NCBI RefSeq assembly: GCF_006345805.1
Contig: NC_043017.1
Coordinates: forward strand, 29,264,001-29,328,000
DNA length: 64,000 nt
From: Octopus sinensis
Lineage: Eukaryota
Direction: 5' to 3'
A model generated the notes under the pieces. It saw nothing but the letters and a program-made list of their open reading frames with translations. It was not told where the DNA came from and searched no databases. Every line of letters starts with the position of its first letter. The stretch's first letter is position 1. Positions 50,641-63,575 of this stretch are shown piece after piece. The position numbers and the translations under genes were made by a program.

Positions 50641-51281
50641 TCACATCAATAACATAAAACAGGAAATGGAAGTAAAACAAAAGATCAAAAAGAAAAACAA
50701 GAAAAAAATGTAAAAGTAAAAGTAGGATTGAAAATAAAGGAGAGTAAGAAAGAAGGCGAACGAATGACAACGAAGAGGATAAAAAAAAATCAACAAATAG
50801 ATAAACAGAATAAATGGTTGCTTTAGTTGTTCCTTCATTTTTCCTCCCCTTTTTCTCCACAAGTTATCTGTGTGTATATGCAGAAATGAGTTTGGTTTTT
50901 GTATGTCGGTTTGTGTTTGTATCTATTTACATCGTGGATGTGTTTGAGATTCCATCTCCGCCTGACTTTTAAACAAGAGAGCCCGTTTGTCTGTAGCTGG
51001 TCTTCTTGAGTGCTGTATCAGATAAATTATATTTACAAGTTAATTGAACTACAGCGTTTGTTCAATGATATATGACTGTAAATCTTTAACAAAGTTTACC
51101 GGAAATACGAAGCCGAAACTACAAAGCAATCTTTCTTTTTATCCTAACGCTTTCAGAATAAACACATTCGTGTGTGTGTGTATGTGTGCGTGTGTGGTGC
51201 ATGTGTGCACGCATATGTAAACATACATCCATATATGTATACGTAGATATATGTATCGTATCTATGTGTGTACATACACAT

Positions 51282-51328
<47 letters not shown>

Positions 51329-51395
51329 CACAGATAATTACAATATTATAAAAACAGCGTGTACGTGTAACCATCTACATACACATATATATTCC

Positions 51396-51449
<54 letters not shown>

Positions 51450-51460
51450 TCACACACACA

Positions 51461-51506
<46 letters not shown>

Positions 51507-51591
51507 CACACACACACAATATATATACACACACACACACATATATATATACACACACACATATATATATACACACACACACACACACTCT

Positions 51592-51638
<47 letters not shown>

Positions 51639-52682
51639 GTGGAGGGGTTGTGTATTATAGATGTATATACATATAATACACCTATTCATATTCACTAAAG
51701 ATGTATATATATATACGTGTGTGTGTGTGTACCCTCATACGTATATATACAAAGGTTAAATGAAAGGAATATTTGACTGCAACAAAGACAATAAAAACCA
51801 GGAGCATCAAAAGAACCAAAAAAGAAAACAATAAACATAAACATAAACACCAAAAACCCCTAAAAGATGCACTTGAGAAATGTATTAATTCTACATTCCA
51901 TCATCTTATTATTTCGGTTCAGCACTCGTGGATGATAAGATATCACGTAGAAGCGAGTGCTTGCTCAATTTGCCAATACCACTGACTATTCGAAAATATT
52001 AATTTAAATTCTTTTTGCATCGGTTCCATTTTGTACGGGTTCGATAAGGTCAAGTACATTTTTATACTATCGTCCACTCAGAGACAAACTGACGTCCTAA
52101 AATTGCTTTTAGAAAAGCGAATGAAGTAATTATTTATATTATGATAAAAAGAAATTGGTACCATAATAAAGACTTGCCTGTAACCCGGCCAAGCATGAGT
52201 GTTACTTTATGCCAAACATCGAATTCAGATAAATTTTCCTCGTTTAATTTATCTTCTATTTTCTTATTTTTTTCTTTAATTTTTATATATTTATTTATGC
52301 TTTTCCTTTTTGCGGTTTTGTCAGACGCGTTGTTTCATATTTTTGAGCCTTTTGCAACTTCAAAAGATGAATTATAATGAATGAACGTTGCTAAAACTTC
52401 GAGTGAACAATATTTATTTTTAATAGCTTGGCGTCATAGATCATTGGAGCAACATCTTTTGAAAAATACGGGATAAATACAGGCTGCAGTTTATCTCTGA
52501 CTTTTAATCGGATTTTCTCGGTACGACATAAATCTAGTGTTCCCACATGGTACGTTACTCTTCTGACGTAGGTTTTTTGAGAACATTAACCGGGGTAATC
52601 ACAAACATACGCCTGTCTGTAAGTATGTATGTATACACATACATATATACATACGTGTATAAACATTAATTACACACGCACG

Positions 52683-52720
<38 letters not shown>

Positions 52721-52867
52721 ATATATATAATATATATAATATATAATATATATATATATATAGTGTGTGTGTGTAAGTGTGTAGGCGTGGCTGTGTGGTA
52801 AGGACATTGCTTCCCAACCACATGGTTCTGGGTTCAGACAAACCACGTGGCACATTGGGCAAGTATC

Positions 52868-53263
52868 GGATCTTTTCGGTTTGAACGGCAGTTTTTAACA
52901 TAATTTCTAGCTAACTAAAAAAATTTAAACTTTATATACTGGTAGAATGTGTTTATAAAACATCTTTTTCTCTTGGCTTTATTGAGAAAATTCTATAGTT
53001 TGTAAGATATTTGTTGTTGTTTTTTCTTCAATTTCTGCAATTTCAACCAATCACTGACGTGTATTGAGGTAAAAAACATGTGCCGTATGAATATGTCCCT
53101 CGTTTAAGAAACAGATTGGGTTTATTTACGTTTGTGAAGAAAAAAAGATACCCTAACCCTAAAACAGTTTGAAATGCAATAGATCGATACTAGGGTCATA
53201 ATTATGGGTGACAATTTCTTATGACAACGCTAGAAAAAACTGCCGTTCAAACCGAAAAGATCC
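52868..53263. mobile_element. MITE / non-autonomous DNA transposon, 396 bp, 28-bp TIRs
   Basis: GGATCTTTTCGGTTTGAACGGCAGTTTT ... AAAACTGCCGTTCAAACCGAAAAGATCC, with TA-like flanks. A partial second copy lies at 61750-61943. Confidence 0.9.
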
Positions 53264-53290
53264 TATGTGTGTATACATATAAACATTAAT

Positions 53291-53337
<47 letters not shown>

Positions 53338-53346
53338 TGTGTAAGT

Positions 53347-53680
53347 GTGTAGGCGTGGCTGTGTGGTAAGGACTTTGCTTCCCAACCACATGGTTCTGGG
53401 TTCAGACGAACCACGTGGCACATTGGGCAAGTACCTTCTACTATAGCCTCGGGCCGATTAAAGTTTGTAGACGGAAATTGAAGGAAGCCCGTCATATGTG
53501 TGTGTGTGTGTGTGTGAGCGCACTTGAATCTGTGTTTGTTCCCCCGCCACCGCTTGACAACTAATGTTGGTGTGTTTACGCCCATGTAAATTATTGGTTC
53601 TGCAAAAAGAAACATAGAATAAGTGCCAGGGGTTGATGGCTTCGATTAAAAGGCGGTGCCCCAGTCTGACCTCGGTCAAA
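53347..53680 (+). mobile_element. SINE family B (its head is duplicated at 52780-52865)
   Basis: GGCGTGGCTGTGTGGTAAGGAC.TTGCTTCCCAACCACATGG...GGGCAAGTA occurs on both sides of the MITE. Confidence 0.85.
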
Positions 53681-53844
53681 ACGAAGGAAAGTGGAACAGA
53701 AAAGAATAGTATGTCTGTGTGTGCATGTATATACACACACACACACACACATATATATATATCTATATATATGTATGTATGTACATATACATATACATAT
53801 ATAGTTTTATTTTTTCCCTTTTTTCATATTTTACTGCAGCTATA

Positions 53845-54125
53845 CTAGAGCGGACTCGCGATCGTAGGATCGCGGTTTCGATTCCCAGACCGGGCGTTGT
53901 AAGTGTTTAATGAGCGAAAACACCTAAAAGTTCCACGAGGCTCCGGCAGAGGGTGGTAGCGATCCTTGCTGTACTCTTTCGCCACAACTTTCTCTCACTC
54001 TTTCTTCTGTTGGCCTGCTCGCTTAGCCAGCGGGGTGGCGTTATTTAAAGGCTAAAACTATGTGAAGCGCATTGTGATCAGCGATTTGTATCAACATCTG
54101 ATAGCCTGGTCGGTCACGGTGATAT
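53845..54125 (+). mobile_element. SINE family A', 5'-truncated
   Basis: Homologous to 33600-33902. Confidence 0.88.
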
Positions 54126-54129
54126 ATAT

Positions 54130-54330
54130 CATGATAGAGCGTTAGCTCCCACACGCATTTTTTTCTCTCCTTGTTTTTTTCTGTGTATCTTTCTGTCGAA
54201 GAGCGTAGGCTCGAAACGTAAAAGACATTTTCTATTTCTATTCCTGAGCGCCATACTAATACATTTATTTGTTTGTACTCCACCTGCCTTCGTCTATTGT
54301 TTCTTTTCGTAAACTTTCCCGTTATATAAC
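54130..54330 (+). mobile_element. Family E Penelope-like repeat
   Basis: Homologous to 47260-47435. Confidence 0.7.
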
Positions 54331-54496
54331 GTGCTGTGTTGAAAGGCACATTAATATTAATATCAAAATCAAGTCGAAAAATTCTTCCAACAGTGGGTAG
54401 AAAAAAAAAACACCAGATACACTTCAGCGTTTTGGAGTATTTTCAATTTTGCATGCATTTTGGGACTTTTCGATAGCGTGACTGTGTTCGATACAT

Positions 54497-54889
54497 GATG
54501 ATGGAAGCACTCGGTTGGTTACGACGACGAGGGTTCCGGTTGATCCGATCAACGGAACAGCCTGCTCGTGAAATTAACGTGTAAGTGGCTGAGCACTCCA
54601 CAGACACGTGTACCCTTAACGTAGTTCTCGGGGATATTCAGCGTGACACAGAGAGTGACAAGGCCGCCCCCCCCCTTGAAATACAGGTACAACAGAAACA
54701 GGAAGTAAGAGTGAGAGAAAGTTGTGGTGAAAGAGTACAGCAGGGATCACCACCATCCCCTGCCGGAGCCTCGTGGAGCTTTAGGTGTTTTCGCTCAATA
54801 AACACTCACAACGCCCGGTCTGGGAATCGAAACGGCGATCCTACGACCGCGAGTCCGCTGCCCTAACCACTGGGCCATTGCGCCTCCAC
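54497..54889 (-). mobile_element. SINE family A
   Basis: Full length, with a 10-bp TSD TTCGATACAT at 54487-54496 and 54892-54901. Confidence 0.96.
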
Positions 54890-55349
54890 AATTCGATACA
54901 TAGAGTGCAAGAAAAATCGGATCAGACATCTTTTTTTTTAGTTAAGCAGTGTTTGCGCACACACGAATAACAACATGCACAGTAAGGAAATTAATGCTTG
55001 ATGTGGTTAACGCAAGTTGACAGTTACCTACAATTTGTCCTTCATACTATATGTGTGTGACGGCTGAAATGTTGAGGAATGAGGGCATTTGACTGCTGCG
55101 ACCCCAGTGTACATGCAACTGATACTTATTACACCAAACCCGAGAGGATACAAAGGAGAATGATATGGGCATATCGATTTTGAGCTCAGAATTTAAAGTC
55201 GTTCGAAATATCGCTCAGCATTTTGTCTATGGTATTAATGAATATGACAGACTGCCTCCTTGGTAATGATTAATAAGTAGTTTATTATGCAGCCAATGTA
55301 TGCAAACATTAGTTGTAGAAGTGTCTGTGTGGTAAGTTGCTTGGCTTAC

Positions 55350-57775
55350 CTACATGAGTGAGGCATGGGAAATGGCGGGAAGGAACCTAAGACTTCGGGA
55401 GGTGGGGGAGAGACTCCGGACAAAGCGGCTCCACTCTCCCGAAGTCAGGAAGAAAAGAAAAAATGAAAGAAGAATGGGTCATCGCAGGGAAGAGATGATG
55501 TGCCGTCTGCATGTCCCGAAGTTGTGCCACCCACGGTGGAAGAAACGACCCCACCCTTAAAGATGATGAATTAATTATCTTTTTCTACAAGGGTGGGGAG
55601 GTGGAAAAAATAGTAGAAGAACATAGACAATAAATATGCCATTCACACGGGATCCCGAATGGCCTTCGCAGATAGCTGTAGAGGTCATAAGGTTTCCCTT
55701 GTGGAAAAGGCTTAAAGGATTTGGGGGAGGGTGTCACATATGGCCGGGTGGCCCTTACACGACTTACATGTCCTACATGAGTGAAGCATGGGAAATGGCA
55801 GGATACAGGAACTTAAGCAGCATTGAAGATAATGATGAATATATCGATGGATACATTGAAGAGTAGGAGGGTTTGACACCTCATCTTATTGTATTATTTC
55901 AATCTTTTAATCTTTTTATTAGTTTTTTTAAATTCATTTTTTATTCGTTTTCTTGCTGTGTTTTCTTATGTGTTTTTAAAAAGAGTTCCAGTCTAAGGTT
56001 AAATTAATCGTATATAAAATATATTTTAGTAAATTTTAAAATGTTACCATAAGAACTCGTATAACATTCTTGTTTGTCTTGTGTTGTCCCATTCTGTATA
56101 AGATCGTCCTTATCATAATAAAAATTCCATCGTATTGTACTATTTGTCGTGGTTTATAACCTCAATTGTTGTTTAAAAATTAAAAAAAAACATGTTAAGT
56201 AAGAGGTTTTAGTGCCTCCTTCTTGTAAGAGATTTGAAACCTCATACAAATTTTTAAAAAAAGAAAATATGTTTTCGAGAAAAATCCAATCGGCGGGTGT
56301 TGGGTTTCGTCTCTCATTTATTCATTTTATTTCATTTTCATTCATTAATGTTTTTGTCCTGCAAAGCGACACACTCTTTGTACTATAACGACAAATTTTA
56401 GGGGAAAAAAGTAGCTTGGCTTAATTCCGCACATGCGCATTGGTGTTTTGCTTTAACACTTGAACAAGGAGGACATGAACTAGTATGCTCCGTCCTAAAA
56501 CTGAAAATTAAGAAGACCATTCGAGGTAGGTGATTTTGTTTCTTTTGAGCGGGGCGTGATTTATTGTTTTGGAATTTTTTTTAGTAAATTTCGCCCAACT
56601 CTGGGAGAATTTCGCCCGCTCTCGGCGGTTATTGTTAATTTTTTGCTAGTTGAAAAAATGTTGTGGGCGTATCCCCGCTCAAAAATTAAAATTTGTTTCT
56701 GTCATTGAAAATATTTGTGGCCCATTGTGCAATTGCCATTTGGAACCATATTTTTTATTTCTTCCGTGTTTTCCCTTCTGATTTTTGAGGGTTTGAAACC
56801 TCATTTTATTGTATTATTTGTAGTGGTTTATAACCTCCATTGTGTGTTTAAAAAAACCCAAAACATGTTAAGTAAGAGGTTTTAGTGCCTCCTTCTTCTA
56901 AGAGATTTGAAACCTCATATTGATTTTTTTTAAAAAAGAAAATACGTTTTCGAGAAAAATCCAATCGGTGAGTGTTGGGTTTCGTCTCTCATTTATTCAT
57001 TTTCATTTCTTAATGTGTTTGTCCAGCCCGCAAGGCTACGCACTCTTTGTACTGTCTATATAACAAATTTTATAAAATAAAGTAGCTTGGCTTAATTCCG
57101 AGCATGTACATTGGTGTTTTGCTTCAACATTTGTACAAGGAGGACATAAGCTAGTGTGCTCCGTCCTAAAACTGACAATTAAGAAGTCCATTCGAGGTAG
57201 GTGATTTTGTTTATTTATTGTGATTCTTTGTTTTGGGCAGGATTTATTGTTTTGGAATTTTTTTCAGCAAATTTCGCCTGCTCTCGGCGGCTATTGTGAT
57301 TTGTTTTGCTTGTTGAAAAAAAGTTGGGGGCGTATCCCTGCTCAAAAAATGAAGTTTGTTTCAGTCATTGAAAATTTGTGTGGCCCATTGTGGCAAAGAT
57401 TAGTCTTCTGTGGATTTAAGATTCCTGTGGGCGGAAATGTGTAGTTGCCATTTGGAACCATATTTTTTTATTTCTTCCGTGTTTTCCCTTCTGTTTTTTG
57501 AGGGTTTGAAACCTCATTTTATTGTATTATTTGTAGCGGTTTATAACCTCAATTGTGTGTTTAAAAAAACATGTTAAGTAAAAGATTTGAAACCTCATAT
57601 TGATTTAAGAAAAAAAAAAATATGTTTTCGAGAAAAATCCAATCGGTGGGTGTTGGGTTTCGTCTCTCATTTATTCATTTTATTTCATTGTCATTTATCA
57701 ATGTGTATGTCCAGCCCGCAAAGCTACCCAACCTTTTGTATTGCCTTTATGGCAAATTTGATAAAATAAAGTAGC
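55350..57775 (+). mobile_element. Unclassified composite element: GC-richer coding-like segment + about 2.4 tandem copies of a ~700-bp unit
   Basis: Anchors GAGGGTTTGA.ACCTCAT at 55867, 56787 and 57500, and G.GGTTTATAACCTC at about 56148, 56823 and 57537. A 32-nt direct repeat lies at about 55349 and 55772. Both flanks are halves of a family B head. Confidence 0.6.
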
Positions 57776-58500
57776 TTGCTTACCAACCACATGGTTCTGG
57801 GTTCAGTCCCATTGCGTCTCATCTTGGGCAAGTGTCTTCTACTTTAGCCTCGGGTCGCCCAAGGCCTTGTGAATGGATTTAGTAGACGGACACTGAAAGA
57901 AGCCCGTCGTATGTATATATATATATATATATATATGTTTGTGTGACTGTTTTGTCCCCTCCAAACTTGACAACCGATGCTGGTGTCTTTACGTCCCCAC
58001 AACTTAGAGGTTCGGCAAAAGAGACCGATAGAATATGTACTAGACTTACAAAGAATAAGTCATGGGATCGATTTGCTCGACTAAAGGCGGTGTTCCAGCA
58101 TGGCCACAGTCAAATGACTGAAACAATTAAAAGAGTGCCATATCTTTGTGTACACATATTGCGTTACACTTTTGGTCTTCTACTATAGCCTCGGGCCTTG
58201 TGAGTGGATTTGGTAGACGGAAACTGAAAGAAGCCCGTCGTATATATACATATATATGTGTGTGTATGTGTTTGGATGTCTGTGTTTGTCCCCCTAGCAT
58301 TGCTTGACAACCGATGCTGGTGTGTTTACGTCGCCGTCACATAGAGGTTCGGCAAAAAAGACCGATAGAATATGCACTAGGCTTACAAAGAATAAGTCAT
58401 GGGATCGATTTGCTCGACTAAAGGCGGTGCTCCAGCATGGCTGCAGTCAAATGACTGAAACAAGTAAAAGAGTGGTATATCTTTGTGTACACATACAACC
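57770..58500 (+). mobile_element. Two tandem family B SINE copies (local duplication)
   Basis: Both carry the private variants GAATATG and GTCATGGGATCG, and the same 3' flank TATCTTTGTGTACACATA. Confidence 0.85.
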
Positions 58501-58849
58501 ACGCAATGAAAGCAAGATTGGTGCTGTACGAACATCAAGATCAGAGGAAAATTATAATATCTCGATATTCTCTCTGCTTTTACTAGACTAAAGAAAGCAA
58601 ACAGCAGTCACTATACTGAAATGCTAAAACAGTTTTCTGTTTCTCAACAAATAGATTCATAGCTTATTGATGTTTATCGCTTGCAGTTCCCTTTATATTA
58701 AATGACAGATGCAAGTTTTCACGTAGGTTATGGATGCACAAGGTTTCAGAGCTTTATTCGGAGAAACTAACTTGGGAATGTTAATGTGCGTTTGAATATG
58801 AGCGCTTCTAGCAGCAACGACAGAGATATAAAAGGCATGTTTAATATAA

Positions 58850-59320
58850 AGGTATGGCTGTATGGATTAGGAGCTCGCTTAGCAATCATGTAGTTTCGGT
58901 TTCGGTCCCACTGTGCAGCACATTGGACAATTGCTTTTCTTTTTGTTTTTGGTTTTTGTAGCTGTTGGCCGACTAATCCCTTATGAGTGAATTTGGTTTA
59001 CGGAAATTGTGTGGAAGCCCGTTGTATAAAATATAATTTACTTTTTACTGGTTTCAGCTAAAGACCATGTCCTTGTTGCGATATATATATATATACATGT
59101 TTATGCATGTGTGTGTGCGTGAGTGTCTTTGTATCTATATTTGTTCCCTCCACTACCGGGCAATCTCTGCTGGTTTGGTTCCATTGGAAAAATAGACTAA
59201 CAGAATGAATGTCCCTGTTTAAATTCGACCTCCAGCACAAGTACTGGGGGTCGAATTTTAAATGACTAAAACCTTTCAACGAGCTGTCCAAGCATGACCG
59301 CAGTCCAATGATGGAAACAA
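58850..59320 (+). mobile_element. Degenerate family B-related SINE fragments
   Basis: Head-like TTCGGTCCCACTGTGCAGCACATTGGACAA and tail-like CCAAGCATGACCGCAGTCCAATGA. Confidence 0.6.
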
Positions 59321-59597
59321 CCCCAAGGTAGGATAAAAGACATAAAGTTGTTGGTGTTGTTGCTATTGCTATTTAGAACCCCTACGCCCACAATGTTATG
59401 GTCGAGTAAACTTGATAAAGCCATCATGGCTTAAAGTAACTCATCGTTCTGTGTGCTTTGATAGTATACGTAAAACTACATCAGGCAATTTGTCAATACT
59501 TTGGGAGGAAAGAATGTGATATATGTGGGACAATGGCTGTTATTTCTATTAGGTTAATATAATTTGTCCCTTCAGTAAGTCAATATGCTGCGATCAC

Positions 59598-59990
59598 AAG
59601 GCGGCGAGCTGGCAGAAACGTTAGCACGCCGGGCGAGATGCTTAGCGGTATTTCGTCTGTCTTTACGTTCTGAGTTCCCAATTCCACCGAGGTCGACTTT
59701 GATTTTCATCCTTTCGGGGTCGATTAAATAAGTACCAGTTACGCACTGGGGTCAATATAATCGACTTAATCCGTTTGTCTGTCCTTGTTTGTTCTCTCTG
59801 TGTTTATCCCCTTTTGTGTAGTAAAGAAATAGGTATTTCGTCTGTCGCTACTTTCTGAGTTCAAATTCCGCCGAGGTCGACTTTGCCTTTCATCCTTTCG
59901 GGGTTGATAAATCAAGTACCATTTGCGTACTGGGGTCGTTCTAATCGACTGGCCCCCTCCCCCAAAATTTCGGTACTGGTGCCTAGAGTA
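59598..59990 (+). mobile_element. SINE family C head + body + second body unit
   Basis: The junction AAGAAATAGGTATTTCGTCTG at about 59825-59845 leads into a second Meta-like core. Confidence 0.9.
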
Positions 59991-61749
59991 GAAGAGAATC
60001 TACTGCAATCATTTGTTACGTTATGACCGAACTTGCGAGAAGATTTCTGCTTAGCATGAACGCTGCAATTTCGTTCGCTCCTTGTAAAGAGCAAGGTAGT
60101 TCGTAGAATCATATCAATTGATGCGATTGCTAGAAAATCTTACGTGTCACAGAACAATTGAAAGAGATGATTGCATGACCGGACGACACAGTATTTGTGT
60201 AGCAATGAGCTGCACAAATAATTTCTGTATTTCGTTACATTAAAATTCACTTCAAGGAAAGTGCTTGAAATGTAAGATCTTCTACTCCTCACCAAGCACT
60301 GACCTGACAGGACAGCCAACTAAATAATGTGTTTATACTGTCTTCGACGTAGGCATTCACTGGTTTCCGTGGGATGTGAACTTTATTTCAATAGCTAATT
60401 AAAATGCTTCACTTGGGAAAGAAACGTGTGAGCAACGTCAGAATCGTTACATCTTTAAACATTGCATTGAAATTGCTTGCGTTGAGACACACTGCATTTT
60501 AAACAATCACTAAACCTAATTTTTGTTTTTCGGGTATGTATTTTCCAGGCAAGTGATTTGACCTGAGACTGTGAGTCGAAATTAAAACGCTTACAACCTG
60601 GAACACATATCTTAGCCATTCAAACAACAAACATACATTTTTTTAAACTTCGTGTAAACGTTATTAGGTGTCCAAATTTTGGTGGCAACCTCTACGACTT
60701 GTTCACTGACACGGATCTACAGCGGTTCCACTGCAGTAAATAGCTTTTGCGTGTGTTTGAAGGACGAATAAGTGCCTTCCAATCTTTGATTGCATTCTTT
60801 TACAAAATACAATTAGACATAAAAATTTAAACAAAAACATGAGAATGTCAGTGTGTTGCAATGCACTACGCTGTAACATGTTAGTTATCAAACTTTCTTA
60901 AGATTTCTGTGCTTTAAACTCAGTTTTAATTACTTCAAACTTGTAATTACAATGTACTTAAACAAAACACGAATATGTGTTTCAAAATTTACAGTTAGTT
61001 GAAAATATTGGCTTCAAATAAAACTAAATCAATAGCATTCAAGTACAATGATTTTTTTTCAAAGCTACTCAGGTTTGCCGTATTTTCTTCCGATTCGTAT
61101 TTGGGTAATGAATTCCACATTTTTATTATCAAACTTCAATCGTTAATATTTTGTTATAAACATAAAATTCTACCAAATTTGAGAGATTCCATTCTTTTTT
61201 CTACGTACAATATTACTTACTCTCGCATTTTATTTATATGAATTAGCTTTCTGTTTCGTTTCCTGTTTTTTTTATTATGTCTTATTTCATGAATATGAGC
61301 ATTAAAAATAGAAAGCCAAATCGAGTAGGTAACAGGAAAAAATACTGATTCAATGGCGGGTATATACATTGACATTATTATCTCCATATATTCCTGTTTT
61401 CACCCTAAACGAACTTTTCAAAATAAGTAGGCCACTTAGTGAGAGCTGATGTTTTCGCTGTAGCGTAGCAGGTTGGGGAGGAGGGATTTCCATCGCGAAT
61501 GACAATTTTTGTAGGGGTAGTATTTTAGGGACTACTGTATAAGCCTGTTTCAGCTTGGGGACCCGTGCAGAGCGGCAAATTGACTCGAGCGCCGCCCTGG
61601 TCTACGTAGACTCTAGCGACACTGAGACATCCTTCTCATTATTGCTGTTGTTTAATCATTGGTCAGCCTCAATAGAAAGGACGCATTACGAAATTTATTC
61701 AAACCACGAGCATGTAATTTATCTAGACAGCGTTCTACTAAATATTGAC

Positions 61750-61943
61750 TTAAAAGGCATTGTGCCGTATGAACATGTCCCTCGCTTAAGGGTTTATTTA
61801 CATTTGTGAAGAAAAAAAGATACCCTAACTAACTAACCCTAAAAGAGATTGAAATGCAATAGATCGATTCTAGGGTCATAATTATGTGTGACAATTTCAT
61901 ATGACATCGCTAGAAAAAAGTGCCGTTCAAACCGAAAAGATCC
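61750..61943. mobile_element. Right half of the 52868-53263 MITE
   Basis: GTGCCGTATGAA.ATGTCCCTCG...GAAATGCAATAGATCGAT.CTAGGGTCATAATTATG...TGCCGTTCAAACCGAAAAGATCC. Confidence 0.85.
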
Positions 61944-62909
61944 CCATATAGCTCTCTCTGCTATTTGGCAAATGGAGCGACTGGCTAAAGAGCTACTCCC
62001 CTTTTTTTTCTTTCCACTGACAATAGGGTCTTCATTAAGAGAATCAGACTATCTTGCAAACAAGTCCATATAATATACGTTGAAGACACAAGGGATATAG
62101 TTTTTGGAAAGTGTATAATCGATTTCATCGGCTTATTGTATTTGACTAGAAATTGGCATAAACAAATGTAATTTTGACCTCCCTCAGCGCAGTTTGAACT
62201 CAGAAATCAAAGAGAGGAAAAAGAGTGAGGGGTGTAGAATAAAAAGAAAATAAGATTACAAAATTCTGTTTTCCGATCTACCTAGTTTGCCACCACAGCG
62301 CCCTTAATCAAATAAGTAGATAAATAAATAAATAAATAGATTTAATAATAATAATATATTATTAATAATAATAATAGCAAATACGACGACAATAATGCAG
62401 AAAAAAAAAATGTAGGTATGAAAAACAACTTCCGTTTCGAAAATGTCAAACTAAATATTTCTTGCCACCCATTGCGCGATCAAAAAATATAGATAAATAA
62501 ATAGATAACGAAACAAACAAACAAAGGAAGGAAGAAAGAAAGGAAGGAAGAAAAGTACCTAGGAATGTTTAGCTATATTTTGCTAAACGTATTGAAGCCA
62601 CGAAATTTTAGTCAGAGGTGAATTTTGTTCAGGTGAGTTGCCCCGAGCGAGTACGTTTATAAATAGAGTATGTTGGCAGTCGTACACTCACAACAGGAAG
62701 TATGTAACATGACAGATGTTGGGCTAGCGGATATTTCTGAAGTTGATCAAAATAAATATATTGGATATATATAAATATATCGCAAGATGAGTACGTCTAA
62801 CTGTTATCATGTACTTATATATATATGTGTGTGTATGCGTGAATAAAGTTCGTATTAATGAATGATAAAAATTGATGCCTTATCAACTGCATGAGTGTGT
62901 GTATATATA

Positions 62910-62944
<35 letters not shown>

Positions 62945-63047
62945 ACACGTGTGTGTGAGTGTGTATTTGTGTTTAAATATATACCTGTATATATACGCAT
63001 ATACACATAAATACGCATGAAGCACACACGTATGTACGCATGTCTCT

Positions 63048-63082
<35 letters not shown>

Positions 63083-63084
63083 AT

Positions 63085-63132
<48 letters not shown>

Positions 63133-63169
63133 ACACACACACACACATATATAATTGTGTGTATATACT

Positions 63170-63351
63170 TTTATTCTTTTGCTTGTTTCAGTCATTTGAC
63201 TGCGGCCATGCTGGAGCACCACTTTTAGTCGAACTACTCAACTCCAGGACTTATTCTTTGTAAGCCTAGTACTTATTCTATCACTCTATTTTGCCGAAGT
63301 ACTAGCTTACATGGACGTTAAATACACCAACATCGGTTGTCAAGCGATGGT

Positions 63352-63394
<43 letters not shown>

Positions 63395-63544
63395 TATATA
63401 TATATAGGACGAGTTTCTCTCGGTTTTCGTATACCAAATCCACTCACAGGGTTTTGGTCGGCCCGTGGCTAAGTCAGAAAACATTTATCCAAGGTGCCAC
63501 GCAGTCGGACTGAACCCGGAAACATGTGGTTGAGAAGCCAGGTA

Positions 63545-63545
<1 letters not shown>
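63170..63545 (-). mobile_element. SINE family B, degenerate
   Basis: Tail, (CA)n and head are on the minus strand. Confidence 0.88.

Positions 63546-63575
<30 letters not shown>

Noticed and set aside
50546-50862. Hydrophobic ORFs with a signal-peptide-like start (MKEQLKQPFILFIYLL...)
   Set aside because: They derive from T-rich low-complexity and (ATC)n sequence, which naturally encodes F, L and I.
55470-55530. Cx2Cx4Cx2H motif resembling the piggyBac cysteine-rich tail
   Set aside because: The upstream CxxC pair, the DDD domain and TTAA/TIR ends are all missing, so it is kept only as a detail of the unclassified element.
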